A stretch of 64,000 nucleotides of DNA from Eledone cirrhosa (GCA_964016885.1 OZ024742.1:250914001-250978000), one strand, 5' to 3'; shown: positions 13,100-27,054, counted from the first letter of the stretch. Numbers and translations: made by a program. Notes: a model not told the origin generated them from the letters alone.

Positions 13100-13440
13100 G
13101 GAGGCACATGGCTTAGTGGTTAGAGCATTGGCCTTGCAATCGAAAGGTTGTGAGTTCAATTCTCAGACCGGGTGATGTGTTGTTTCCTTGAGCAAGACAC
13201 TTTATTTCACATTGCTCCAGTTTACTCAGCTGTAGAAATGAGATGATAGGGACTGGGGTCCATATCATTCCACTGCAAAGTGGTCGTGGAGGTGCCACGG
13301 CAAAAAAGCACCCAGCACTCACTGTAAATGAGGTGGGTGTTAGGAAGGGCATCCAGCTGTAGAAATCAAGCCAGAATCAGTTCCCGTCCCACCCTTGCAA
13401 GCAGGGAAAAGCAGACGTAAAATGATGATGATGATGATGA
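13100..13440 (+). mobile_element. Chimeric tRNA-derived SINE
   Basis: A box TGGCTTAGTGG, B box GTTCAATTC, CCTTGAGCAAGACACTT core, RTE-derived body, (GAT)n tail; 5 copies in the window. Confidence 0.9.
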
Positions 13441-13450
13441 TATATATATA

Positions 13451-14002
13451 AACAAAGTATCATGAAAATTGAAGCTTTTCAAAGGTCAATCATGAAAAAG
13501 ATAGATAGCATGCTAGGCCTTATCTATTGGGGTTGACTAGAAAAACTCAAACTTTATTCTCTCCAACGTCGTCGTGAGCGCTACATTATCTGCCTGATGT
13601 GGGAAATATCCTATCAGCATTGCCCAACTGATGTTGGCATCACCTTTAAGGTACACCCAAGGCAGCTTGGGCCCTGTGCTATCTGCCCACAACAAAAATT
13701 ACACTCGCATTTCATAACAACAATACGGCACAATTATTTCACCTCAATTGGCCTTGCCTCTTTAACATTACACCAAAACATATTAAAACAGAAACAGACC
13801 CCATAAAGTTTAAGAAGTCTTTGGACAAATTCCTTCAAGAAATCCTGCATAAACCTCCTATACCCGGATATATCTCCGTAAAAAATAACTCTCTACTTGA
13901 GTGGGCCAGGGTGTCCAAATCCTGATTTGAAAGACTTCGCCAGGTGGTGCTATTAAGTTAGACATGGCCTGGGCCAATACTAGCCGAAACCTATCAAAGT
14001 TA
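13451..14002 (+). mobile_element. CR1/L2-group LINE 3' fragment
   Basis: KIEAFQR...LEKLKLYSLQRRRERY...FKKSLDKFL; 3' end matches 54077-54331. Confidence 0.75.
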
Positions 14003-14042
14003 TATATATATATAAAAGAAAATTTCGCTTTACATGGTTGAA

Positions 14043-14339
14043 TACAATAAATGTAATCTGAGTTTTTCGAAATCAGGCCGATCAGTCAATGTGTATTTTT
14101 GAAAATAGTATATATTTTCACTAGCTCTGACAGGTTGGCAGGTGAACAGTGAGCTGTACTGATGAAGGGTGATACCCAGAAACATTAGTGTCTGCAGTTC
14201 TGTTCGCATGCCAACACAAGAGCAAGAATGAAGTGTTCATTCTACTGACATGGCTATAAAATTGAGGCTTGTTTGCAAAATTGCAAACGAATCGAATGTT
14301 ATTATTAATATTCGAAAAACTCAGATTACATTTATTGTG
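14043..14339 (+). mobile_element. Short element with inverted termini carrying a hammerhead
   Basis: ACAATAAATGTAATCTGAGTTTTTCGAA and its reverse complement at the two ends; the same terminus recurs at about 20540-20565. Confidence 0.7.
14151..14200 (+). ncRNA. Type I hammerhead ribozyme
   Basis: GAGCTGTA-CTGATGA-aGGGTgatACCCa-GAAAC-ATTAGT-GTC-TGCAGTTC; intact core and GUC site, A.A mismatch at the base of stem II. Confidence 0.8.
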
Positions 14340-14934
14340 TATATATATGTATACATATAAATATACACACATATATACAAATATATATACACACACACAT
14401 ATATATATATATGTACATATATATATGTATACATATAAATATACACACATATATACAAATATATATACACACACACATATATATATATATATGTACATAT
14501 ATATATATATACATATATAATATATATAGATATATATAGGAAAAGAGTCAGGACCCCCGATGGCTGAGCTCCGGCCATTTCGACAGCTAGATCTGAACAA
14601 ACCCAGTAATGTTAGGAAGCCAGTAGTCTAGCTAGCGCGTTATGGTCCACCTGGTTCCTTATCACACTTCCTTCATTATATATATATATATATATGTATA
14701 TAAATATATATATATACACACACATATACACATATATATACATATATACATACATATATATATATATATATACTGTCTAACCCATGCTACCATGAAAAAT
14801 GGACATTGAACGATGATAATGATTACATGTGATGCAGTTCTCTCTCTCTCTCTCTCTCTTGCAAGCAGAGAAGAGCGGACGTAAAATGATGATGATGATG
14901 ATATGATATATATATATATATATATATATCCTCA

Positions 14935-15180
14935 TCATCATCATCACCATCATCGTTTAACGTCCATCTTCCACGCTAGCATGGATTAGATGGTTTTGTT
15001 CCATTTGATGTGGGAATGGTTGGGACTCCATGTCTCGCTCGCATGGAAGCGTCTCTGGCAGGTTTTTTATACAGCTGGAGGCCCTTTCCTAACACCAACC
15101 ACATTTACAATGTGGACTGGGAGCCTTTTCACCATGTCTCCTACATGGCCACCTTACAATGAGGACTGTTGTGCCATCAA
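14935..15180 (-). mobile_element. Diverged RTE 3' UTR fragment
   Basis: (ATC)n followed by GTTTAACGTCCATCTTCCACGCTAGCATGG and CCTAACACCAACC. Confidence 0.75.
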
Positions 15181-15237
15181 CACAAATAAATATATATATA
15201 TATATATATATATTTTATATATATATATGTATATATA

Positions 15238-15620
15238 GCTGCCTCACATGCAACTTCGTCACCATCACCTCCACACTCTGTGAGCCAATCCTTCCGAGTC
15301 GTGGACTCCTGCCACCTCTCCTCCAGCCTTGTCTGCAGGCTATGTTGCATGCTATGACAGACTTGGCATTGATTAGCAGACCGGTTCACTAAGCATCTCG
15401 GGGGGTGGGGGACAGACATCCAACATGAAAACAGTCCCCCTACCACAGTCACACACTCGACATTTCCACTTGGCCTGGCCACTCCACCCATTACCTCACT
15501 GTCTTCAGCCTTGCTGCCTGCTCTGGAGCCCCTAACACATGCCTGAAATATGAGCAGCAGATTATTTTTCTCCAGACATAGACAAGAATCAGTCTAAATT
15601 CCCTACCCCTCTTCCTTTAG
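15238..15620 (+). pseudogene. Decayed Penelope-like GIY-YIG C-terminal region
   Basis: Broken frames CLTCNFV, LADRFTKHL, RHFH, CLKYEQQIIFL; a similar relic lies at 43130-43340. Confidence 0.45.
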
Positions 15621-16102
15621 CCCTACTCATCACTCCGCCACACACAAACACACACTCCACTTCTTCCCCAACACTACCATTTATCAGTTAAACCCATATG
15701 ACCCTCAAACACTTTTAACCACACCCACCACTAACACTACTAACTCCCGCCATCTTCTACCTTCACAGCCCACCACTATACCCCCCCCCCCCCCGAACCA
15801 CTTCATCATCTAGTACTAGTAACAATCTACACACACTCAAACCACTTCATAATCTACATTCACATCCCACAACTCTACTACCAATACACACATACCCACA
15901 CACACACATACCCATACACATACACACATACTCACACACACATACCCATACACACATACCCACACAGACACATACACATACACTCACACACATACTCACA
16001 CACAACAATACTAGCAACTTTCATTACTGCTACATTAAGCCCTTTATTAACAATGCTCATACACACATACACACACTCACATACATACACACACTCACGC
16101 AT

Positions 16103-16136
<34 letters not shown>

Positions 16137-16654
16137 GCACACACACTGCCACCACATTTCCCTCCCAAACCATTTCCGTTTTCCATGCGCCACCACTCTC
16201 CTACTCTCTCTTTCCCACCTGGTCACTTCATTAACACAAACGGGCTGACCACATCTCCCTCAGACTACACATACATATTTCGGACTACACATACATATTC
16301 ACATACACACATACATGCTCATACATGCACAGACATAGCCGTGCATAAACATATACACACTTACATCCACATACATGCACACAAATATAACGTATAAGAA
16401 TTCTGCTACAGACAATACAGAAAGTCAGAAACATATACTTGGAGACACATACACACACTCATACATAAACATATACACTCTCTTACATAAGAACATTCAC
16501 ACAAAAATTCACAAACAGATGCATATATACATAAAACACAAAATAATTCTGATATACACGTGAAAATACACACACACACATACAAAGCCAGACTCACGCA
16601 CTCAAAACCAGACACATGCACGCACACACACAAACGTACACACTTATGCATGCA

Positions 16655-17655
16655 ATAATAGTAATAATAATGAAACTATTGTGTACAGTGCTCAGGTGCA
16701 CTACAACTCATCAAAGGTGCATGTATAGTACATAGAATAATGTATAAATGTCAGGAAAGTGAACAGTGTACAAGTCATGTCATATATGTGTGTGTGTGTG
16801 TGTGTATGGAGGGGGGGATATCAGGTGTAGTGTTGGCGAATTTCAGGAAGCATGGAGGTTTTAAACGATGCAGTGTCTCGGCAGCTAACAACTGATGCAG
16901 GTAGTTTGTTCCATGCTTCAGCAACTCTGAGCGTGAAGAAATGTTTCCAAAAGTCGTTGGAGCTGTGCTGTTTTCTAACTTTGTAGGCATGCCCACATGT
17001 GTTAGACATATGAATTCAAAAAAGTGCTAAGACTTGTTGTTGGCAAGATGGTTAATAATTTTGTGGGTGTTTACCAAGTCAGTTGTCAGATGTTGGAGCT
17101 TCAATGTATCCATGCCCAGGGAAGCAGGGCGTTCAGAGTATAGTAAATGCCTGATAGAGGGTATTCGGTTGGTTGCACATCTCTGAACAGTTTCCAGGAG
17201 GTCAATGTTCTGAGCAAGATAGGGGTTCCAGACTGATGATGTAAGTTCTAAATGTGGCCACACCATAGCTATATACAGCTTTAAATAGATAGCTGGAGAG
17301 CAGCTGACAAAGGCCTTGCTGAGTGATGCTAAGACACCCTCGGCTTTCTTGACAATTTTAGAGATGTGCTTTGTCCAACACAAATCAACGCTACAGTTAT
17401 GCCCAGGTCACGTTTACAAGAAGACTTCTTGATATTAGTGTTGTGGAGAAAGTATGTGGACGCTAGGTTTTTCCTCCGAAAATGCATGGTGGTACACTTG
17501 TCCACAGCCAGCTTGAGTTACCAGTCCATGATCCATTGCTGCATTGTGTCCAGGTCTGATTGCAGGAAAGATCTATAGTATTCAGGATCTGTCCTTTTTA
17601 TCTCAAGGTACAGCGTGATTTCATCTGCATATTTCCCTATTGTGGCATTCTTTAA
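16655..17655 (-). mobile_element. CR1-group LINE 3' fragment
   Basis: YADEITLY, KHISKIVKKA, LYIAMVWPHLE..SSVWNPY, TCGHAYK, FFTLRVAEAWNKLP; (ATT)n-like tail. Confidence 0.85.
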
Positions 17656-18407
17656 GTACATAGAAACAATACAAAAAAGTCACACACATACCTGTGAGTA
17701 CACACCAATAATATAAGATTCAGAGACACACACATGTACACATACACACATACAAAGGTATATGTCTATATATATGCTTGAACGGCAAAGTATAAACAAA
17801 CTGAGAAAGAAACTAGGCATAAGAGGAATCAGATGCAGTGTGCAGGAGAGGAGATTGTGTTGATATGACCCTCCAGGGTGTGGGATTGGTAGCAGTAGTA
17901 GTAACAGTTGCGAGTTGAGGGAATTATGGTTGCTACTTCTAGCAGATTGAGTGACTTCTACAGAGGTCCTCTCATTAATCAATGGAGTGCTCTGGGCACT
18001 GAAACCAGATGTGCTGCACACAATAATTATTTTTACTTTTGGCATAGGCCAGCAATTATCCCAGATTCAGAGACACACACATGTACACACACGCATACAA
18101 AGGAAGGTAGACATTATCGCATAGCTCCCAATTTCATCCCATTTCACACTTGGACCTTCCATGTCAGCCCCCATCTCCCGAATGCCGGACGACTCACCTA
18201 CCACGCCCAACAATCTTAACAACATTTTCCAAACGCTAATATGCCTACCTGTTCTCCTTCTCTCTCTCCTAACTTTCCATTTCCGGATGAAGGTCTTCCA
18301 TCCAAAGTGCCAAACCCTCCTCTACTTTTTTATAAGCGTGATCCTAGTAAGACCTTGTATTTTTTTATCCCTGCGTTTGTGTTATTTCGTCTACTATATA
18401 TATATAT

Positions 18408-18845
18408 ATAAATAAAAATAAATGTATATATATACATAAATAAAAATATGTATATATATATATATATAAATAAAAATATGTATATATATATATAAATAAA
18501 AATATGTATATATATATATAAATAAAAATATGTATATATATATATAGAAATAAAAATATGTATATATATATATAAATAAAAATATGTATATATATATATA
18601 AATAAAAATATGTATATATATATATAAATAAAAATATGTATATATATAAATAAAAATATGTATATATATATATAAATAAAAATATGTATATATATATATA
18701 AATAAAAATATGTATATATATATATAAATAAAAATATGTATATATATATATAAATAAAAATATGTATATATATAAATAAAAATATGTATATATATAAATA
18801 AAAATATGTATATATATATAAAAATGTATATATATATATATAAAT
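18408..18845. repeat. Minisatellite TAAATAAAAATATG(TA)n, about 16 units of variable length
   Basis: Direct reading. Confidence 0.92.
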
Positions 18846-18889
18846 ATATAAATTACAGAATAATCAAAACTATGTTCAAAACATTTTAT

Positions 18890-18936
18890 TGCTGACAATC
18901 GTTTCTTCCAAACTTTTGTTTGGACTCATTGGAGCA
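18890..18936 (-). ncRNA. Degenerate type I hammerhead
   Basis: Minus strand: TGCT-CCAATGA-gTCCAAAC aaaa GTTTGGAa-GAAAC-GATT-GTC-AGCA; core differs from CTGANGA at two positions. Confidence 0.55.
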
Positions 18937-19111
18937 CTAGCAAAATTTAAACATATAATTAACCTCCTATTCCACAGAACAATCTAAAAGTTACATAGAT
19001 GTTAGTGTTGTCATTAACAGTGTCATATTTAAAGAGTGAATATGATGTGGTCAGTATCAGTGGATGTGACAAAGTTTATAAAAGATATATATATATATGT
19101 ATGTATATATG

Positions 19112-19192
<81 letters not shown>

Positions 19193-19307
19193 TAAAATAA
19201 CAGATTAAAGATTAAGCAAAGAATCGCTGCTTTCACCCTTAACGAGCCCTCTTTGGATTTTAGTCTTCAAATTTATTATTATTACTAATATATATGTATA
19301 TATAAAT

Positions 19308-20068
19308 ATGTATATGAGATGTAGCGGGATAGCAGGCAAACTAACAGGTAGGGAGAAATATGTATGCAGTAGATGTACAGGGAAATTAGACAGTAGAAGT
19401 CGCACTGATAGACACATTTTTCAAATGCGAGAGGGCGCTATAGAAGTGGTGGATAGCTTCCGGTACCTAGGAGATCAGATTAGCATGGGAGGAGGGTGTT
19501 CCGAGGCCATAGTATCTAGAATAAGGACGGGTTGGAAGAAGTTTAGGGAGCTGCTTCCTCTGTTGACGAAGAAGGGTTTCTCCCTGCGTACGAAAGGCCG
19601 GTTGTATGATGCCTGTGTGAGGAGCGCGATGCTGCATGGTAGTGAGACATGGGCAGCAACCGCAGAAGATATGCGACGGCTGGAGAGAAATGAGGCAAGC
19701 ATGCTCCGTTGGATGTGCAGTGTAAATGTGCGTGAACGACCCAGCATAAATGTGTTGAGAGAGAAACTGTGTCTGAGAGGGATAGAATGTAGTGTACGGG
19801 AGAGGAGACTGAGGTGGTATGGACATGTGATGCGCATGGAGGATGACCGATGGGTGAAGAAGTGCCAGGAAATGCCAGTTGAAGGAAGATGTGGTAGAGG
19901 TAGACCACGAAAAACATGGGCGGAGGTGGTGAGAACAGACCTCAGATCATTGAAGCTCACGGTGGAGATGACGAGGGACCGTGACGAGTGGAGAGATGCT
20001 GTGCTGAATAAGACCCGTCCCACCCTTGCAAGCAGGGAAAAGCGGACGTAAAATGATGATGATGATGA
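19308..20068 (+). mobile_element. RTE family B, 5'-truncated, very short 3' UTR
   Basis: Open frame ...CSRC...[11 protein letters not shown]...GRPRKTW...REKRT* followed directly by (GAT)n; near-identical to 54779-55466. Confidence 0.92.
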
Positions 20069-20084
20069 TATATATATATATAAA

Positions 20085-20520
20085 TATGTAGAAAAGGAAC
20101 TGGCATAAATTCTATAAAATGTGCACAATGCAGATCTTGGATACACAAGAGATGTAGTGGAATACCAGGCAACTAACAGGTAACAGGTAGGGCAAACTAC
20201 GTATGCAGTAGATGTACAGGGAAATTTGACAGTAGAAGTCGCAGTGATAGACACATTTTTCACATGCAGGTGGGTTCTATAGAAGTGGTTGATAACTACC
20301 GGTACCTAGGTGATTAGATTAGCATGGTGGGGGATCTGAGGCCATAGTATCTAGAATAAGGATGGGTTGGAAGAGTGGTCAGAGTGGACTTCAGATCGCT
20401 GAAGCTCACAGAGGAGATGATGAAGGACCATGACAAGTGGAGAGATGCTGTGCTGAATAGGACTTGTCCCACTCTTGCAATCAAGGAAAAGTGGACGTAA
20501 AATGATGATGATGATGATAT
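20085..20520 (+). mobile_element. Decayed RTE family B copy
   Basis: Homologous to 19340-19535 and 19925-20068 with an internal deletion. Confidence 0.8.
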
Positions 20521-20579
20521 ATACTAACAACTAATCGAATTTCGAAAAACTCAGATTACATTTATATATATATATATAT

Positions 20580-21197
20580 ACTTGAACGGCAAAGCATAAA
20601 TGAACCGAGAGAGAAACTAGGCATAAGAGGAATCAGATGCAGTGTGCAGGAGAGGAGATTATGTTGATATGAACATGTGATGTGTATGAAGGATGACAGC
20701 TGTATAAAAAGGGGCAGAGCAATCAAATTCAATGGAAGCGTTGGAGTGGGGAGACCTAAAAAGACTTGGGATGAGGTGATAAAAGCTGACCTTACCCAAT
20801 TCCACCTCTCAAAGATGATGACACAAGACCAAAATCTCTGGCGTTATGCAGTAATACAGAAGATCTGCCTTCCCATGGGCACAGGCTGAAGCCGAAGCAT
20901 ATGTATAGTATGCACTATCCCATACATCTCCCATGAGGACAGGCTGAAGCAAACATCTAGTGAAGCCTCCAGCCCACACTTTAAAGCAGTTGAGATGGTG
21001 ACACGGCCAAAAGCACCCACTACCCACTGTAAATGAGGTTGGCATCCAGAATAGAAACCAAGCCCAAATCAGTTCTGTATGAGCAAGACATGGTCATCTG
21101 ACCTGGCATTGCTTACAACAGGACAACTCATCTAACCCATGCTAGCGAGGAAAAAACAGTGATAATGTTGATGATGATGATGATGATGATGATGATA
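20580..21197 (+). mobile_element. Older RTE family C-like 3' fragment
   Basis: MKDDSCIKRGRA...GRPKKTWDEVI...PMGTG; (GAT)n tail. Confidence 0.82.
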
Positions 21198-21337
21198 TAT
21201 ATAAATATATATAGTACACTCTACTAATTGAGACAAATAAGCTCCTTATTCACACTTTAAAGCAAGTAGAGTGTAATTAGCATAATAGGACATATAGGCC
21301 CTACAGTGAAGTTTAATTACTTATCTTATATATATAT

Positions 21338-21580
21338 ATCATCATTTCATTTTACGTACGCTTTTTCCCTGCTTGCAAGGGTGGGACGAGAACTGATTTT
21401 GGCTTGATTTCTACAGCTGGATGCCCTTCCTAACACCAACCTCATTTACAGTGAGTGCTGGGTGCTTTTTTGCCGTGGCACCTCCATTACCACTTTGCAG
21501 TGGAATGATATGGACCCAAGTCCCTATTATCTCATTTCTGAGTAAACTGGAGCAATGTGAAATAAAGTGTCTTGCTCAAT
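21338..21580 (-). mobile_element. Chimeric SINE, 5'-truncated
   Basis: Reverse complement of 13190-13430. Confidence 0.88.
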
Positions 21581-21585
21581 GACAC

Positions 21586-21649
<64 letters not shown>

Positions 21650-21771
21650 CATATATATATATGTATAGGTTCTCATAATAACAACAAATGCATGATTTAC
21701 ATCTTGATTGCATGGGAGAACCATTGAAATAAGTAGAATGAATATACGGTTATGTAACATCAACATCTTTC

Positions 21772-21831
<60 letters not shown>

Positions 21832-21836
<5 letters not shown>

Positions 21837-22851
21837 TCAGAACTGGATGGAAAAAGTTCAGAGAGCTTATACCACTATTAGCCGCTAGAGGGTTCTCCCT
21901 AAAAATGAAAGGCAGGTTATACGATGCCTGCATACGAACAGCAATGCTGCATGGCAGTGAGACCTGGGCATTGTGTGCAGAGGATATACGCAGACTAGAG
22001 AGGAACGAAGCTTGCATGCTCCGCTGGATGTGCAATAGTAATATACGTGAACGGCAAAGCATAAACGAACTAAGGAAAAAATTAGAAATAAGAGGGATCA
22101 GATGTTGTTTACTCGAGAGAAGGCTACGTTGGTACGGTCACGTGATGCGCATGAAAGACGACAGCTGTATAACAAAGTGCAGGGCAATAAAGATAGACGG
22201 TAGCCACGGAGTAGGCAGACCCAGAAAAACATGGGACGAGCTGATAAATTCCGACCTCACACGCTTACACCTCTCCAAGACAATGTCACTGGACCGAGAC
22301 CTTTGGCGGTACTCAGTAATAGAGAAGACCCGCCTTACCTAAATACAAAGTAAAAACCTACTACAGTCAGTAGGCATCTCTATCAAAACACACCCCCGTC
22401 CCACCACCCCCACCCCATCCACACCGCCCCTTTCAATGTAAAGTTATGTTGGTCCCACAACATCCAGGCCGAAACAAATGAGATCGTGTAGGTGTCACGA
22501 CAAAAAACACACAGTCCACGCTGTAAATGTGGCCGTGTAGGCAACACGGTAAAAACCTCCCAGCCCCACACTGTAAATGTGGTTGGTGTTAGGAAGGGCA
22601 TCCAGCTGTAGAAAACCCGCCAGACAGTCCACGCTGTAATGTGGCCGTGTAGGCAACACGGTAAAAACCTCCCAGCCCCACACTGTAAATGTGGTTGGTG
22701 TTAGGAAGGGCATCCAACTGTAGAAAACCCGCCAGACAGTCCTATGCGAGCAAGACAACCACTCTTGCCTCAAGTGGGAAAACCCCCGTCCAAACCCATG
22801 CAAACGTGGAACACCGACGCTAAACCTGATGATGATGATGATGATGATGAT
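21832..22851 (+). mobile_element. RTE family A, 5'-truncated, with a 3' UTR duplication
   Basis: ORF 21905-22342; about 113-bp tandem duplication at 22511-22735; (GAT)n tail. Confidence 0.92.
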
Positions 22852-22883
22852 ATATATATATATATATATATTGTCACATCACC

Positions 22884-22969
22884 AGTCTGACAAGCAGATC
22901 GATACTGGAGTCGGGTCCATAACTCCTATGGGTTACCTTGAGCCAATCCTCTGCAAAACGCGTGTAACA
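22884..22969 (+). ncRNA. Degenerate long-stem-II hammerhead (family of 62331)
   Basis: AGT-CTGACAA-GCAGA...TCTGC-AAAAC-GCGT-GTA-AC; both core changes are G>A at CpG-like positions. Confidence 0.6.
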
Positions 22970-23185
22970 GATCAATACACAATAAATATTTTTTATATGT
23001 AAACAAAACTTCCTCGTTTTTTTCTATTATATACACTCTGGCTGTGCATACAATGCTTGATCGATTATAAGGGACTATTGTCAGATTTTAACTCAATATA
23101 TATTTTTGATATATAAATATATATTTATATATACATATATATACATATATATATATACATATATATATATACATATATATATATA

Positions 23186-25335
23186 CACCGACACTGATAA
23201 GAAGGTAGCTTGGAAGTGCCACTATGAAAGGCTACTAAATGAGGAGAATAAATGGGAGAAAGACAGTCTCCCCCACATCGACCCAATAGAGGGACCAGCA
23301 GTGTTAGTCGAGGGTAGAAGGATATGAAGACGGGTAAGGCGGCTGGGCCTTCGGAAATAGTTGCTGAGATGCTGAAGGCATCTGGCTCGGTGGGACACAC
23401 CTTGGTCACCCGGATAGTTAACCAAGTCGTACAGAATGGGGTTGTTCCGAAGGACTGGCATAGCAGCATCACCGTTAACTGTTATAAGGGTAAAGGAGAT
23501 GCCCTAGATATGAGTAACTATAGAGGCATTAAACTAATCGACCAGGTCATGAAGGTCACGGAAAAAGTAATAGCGCAACTAATCAGAGAGAGAATTGACC
23601 TAGATGAAATGCAGTTCGGGTTTGTGTCAGGCAAAAGTACCACAGACGCTCTTTTCATTGTACGTCAACTACAGGAGAAGTACCTAGCTAAAGGTAAACC
23701 CCTCTACTTAGCTTTTGTCGACTTGGAGAAAGCCTTCGACAGAGTCCCCCATTCCATTATCTGGTGGGCCCTTAGAAAACTAGGTGTCGACGAATGGCTT
23801 GTGAGAGCTATACAAGCCATGTATAAAGAAACAGTCAGCAAGGTTAGAATTAACAACGAATATAGTGAAGAGTTTAGCGTAAAAGTTGGCGTCCATCAGG
23901 GCTCTGTTCTCAGCCCCCTACTATTTATTATTGCCCTTCAGGCTATAACAGAGGAGTTCAAGACCGGCTGCCCATGGGAACTCCTATACGCAGACGACCT
24001 GACACTCATAGCTGAATCAATGGCCGAGCTAGAGAAGAAATTCCAAACATGGAAGCACGGCCTAGAATCAAAATGCCTTAAAATTAACCTGGCTAAGACT
24101 AAAGTTCTAGTTTGTAGGAAAGAAAATAAGGCGGCGGTCCCTTCCGGGAAATAGCCATGCTCAGTGTGTAGGAAAGGCGTAGGTAGAAACCCCATTTTAT
24201 GTCCCAAATGCAAAGTATGGGTGCATAAAAGATGTAGTGGGATCACAGGTAAGCTAACTAAGAACTTAGATTTTACATGTGGGCGGTGCTCTGGTGCAAT
24301 AAGTCGCAGCGAGTGCCCACAAAATACTAACTCTTTCAATTGCGCAGAGGGCTCTATAGAAATAGTGGACAGCTTCCGTTACCTGGGTGACAAAATCAGC
24401 AGTGGGGGAGGGTGCTCCAAAAGTACAGTAGCTAGAGTCAGAACTGGATGGAAAAAGTTCAGAGAGCTTATACTACTATTAGCTGCGAAAGGGTTCTCCC
24501 TAAAAATGAAAGGCAGGTTGTATGATGCCTGCATACGAACAGCAATATTGCATGGCAGTGAGACCTGGGCATTGTGCACAGAGGATATACGCAGACTAGA
24601 GAGGAACGAAGCTTGCATGCTCGCTGGATGTGTAATAGTAATATACGTGAACGGCAAAGCATAAACGAACTAAGGAAAAAATTAGAAATAAGAGGGATCA
24701 GATGTTGTTTACTTGAGAGAAGGCTACGTTGGTACGGACACGTGATGCGCATGAAAGTCGATAGCTGTATAACAAAGTGCAGGGCAATAAAGATAGATGG
24801 TAGCCACGGAATAGGCAGACCTAGAAAATCCTGGGACGAGCTGATAAACTCCGACCTCACACACTTACACCTCTCCAAGACAATGTCACTGGACCGAGAC
24901 CTTTGGCGGTACTCAGTAATAGAGAAGACCCGCCTTACCTAAATACATAGTAAAACCTACTACAGCCAGTAGGCATCTCTAACAAAATACACCCCCGTCC
25001 CACCACCCACACCCCCATCCACACCACTCCCTCCTATGTAAAGTTATGTTGGTGCCACAACATCCAGGCCGAAACAAATGAGATCGTGTAGGTGTCACGA
25101 CAAAAAAACACAGTCCACGCTGTAATGTGGCCGTGTAGGCAACACGGTAAAAACCTCCCAGTCCCACACTGTAAATGTGGTTGGTGTTAGGAAGGGCATC
25201 CAACTGTAGAAAACCTGCCAGGCAGTCCTATGCGAGCAAGACAATCATTCTTGCCTCAAGTGGGAATACCCCCGTCCAAAACCATGAAAGCGTGGAACAC
25301 GGTCGTTAAACGTTGATGATGATTATGATGATGAT
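23186..25335 (+). mobile_element. RTE family A (RT to 3' UTR), with a stop and frameshifts
   Basis: ORFs 23324-24154, 24164-24664 and 24574-24942 with RT motifs. Confidence 0.95.
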
Positions 25336-25345
25336 AATATATAAT

Positions 25346-25690
25346 GGAGGCACATGGCTTAGTGGTTAGAGCATTGGCCTTGCAATCAAACGGTTGTGAG
25401 TTCAATTCTCAGACCGGGTGATGTGTTGTTTCCTTGAGCAAGACACTTTATTTAACATTGCTCCAGTTTACTCAGCTGTAGAAATGAGATGATAGGTCTG
25501 GGGTCCATATCACTCCACTGCAAAGTGGTCGTGGAGGTGCCACGGCAAAAAAGCACCCAGCACTCACTGTAAATGAGGTTGGTGTTAGGAAGGGCATCCA
25601 GCTGTAGAAATCAAGCCAGAATCAATTTCCGTCCCACCCTTGCAAGCAGGGAAAAAGCGGACGTAAAAATGAAATGAAAATGAAAAAAAA
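25346..25690 (+). mobile_element. Chimeric tRNA-derived SINE
   Basis: Near-identical to 13100-13440. Confidence 0.9.
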
Positions 25691-26278
<588 letters not shown>

Positions 26279-26282
<4 letters not shown>

Positions 26283-27054
26283 TGAAGGCATCTGGCACGG
26301 TGGGACACACCATGGTCACCCGCATAGTTAACCAAGTCGTACAGAATGGGGTTGTTCCGAAGGACTGGCATAGCAGCATCATCGTTAACTGTTATAAGGG
26401 TAAAGGAGATGCCCTAGATAGGAGTAACTATAGAGGCATCAAATTAATCGACCAGGTCATGAAGGTCACGGAAAAAGTAATAGCGCAACTAATCAGAGAG
26501 AGAATTGACCTAGATGAAATGCAGTTCGGGTTTGTGTCAGGAAAAAGTACCACAGACGCTCTTTTCATTGTACGACAACTACAGGAGAAGTACCTAGCTA
26601 AAGGTAAACCCCTCTACTTAGCTTTTGTCGACTTGGAGAAAGCCTTCGACAGAGTCCCCCGCTCCATTATCTGGTGGGCTCTTAGAAAACTAGGGGTTGA
26701 CGAATGGCTTGTGAGAGCTATACAAGCCATGTATAAAGAAACAGTCAGCAAGGTTAGAATAACAACGAATATAGTGAAGAGTTTAGCGTAAAAGTTGGCG
26801 TCCATCAGAGCTCTGTTCTCAGCCCCTTACTATTTATTATTGCCCTTCAGGCTATAACAGAGGAGTTCAAGACCGGCTGCCCATGGGAACTCCTATACGC
26901 AGACGACCTGACACTCATAGCTGAATCAATGGCCGAGCTAGAGAAGAAATTCCAAACATGGAAGCACGGCCTAGAATCAAAAGGACTTAAAATTAACCTG
27001 GCTAAGACTAAAGTTCTAGTTTGTAGGAAAGAAAATGATGATGATGATGATGAT
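26279..27054 (+). mobile_element. RTE family A internal RT fragment ending directly in (GAT)n
   Basis: RT motifs up to ...[11 protein letters not shown], then GATGATGAT. Confidence 0.9.

Noticed and set aside
13100-13172. Functional tRNA gene
   Set aside because: It is the head of a multi-copy SINE, and the cloverleaf stems pair poorly
15640-16650. His/Thr-rich ORFs (also 39.4-40.8 kb and 46.7-46.9 kb)
   Set aside because: Degenerate (CA)n low-complexity sequence
18408-18845. Regular repeat-spacer pattern resembling CRISPR
   Set aside because: Spacers are only (TA)n, there are no cas genes, and the context is eukaryotic
21700-21742. TTGATTG...ATGG/CCAT...GAAA hammerhead-like string
   Set aside because: Core and stem III are inadequate
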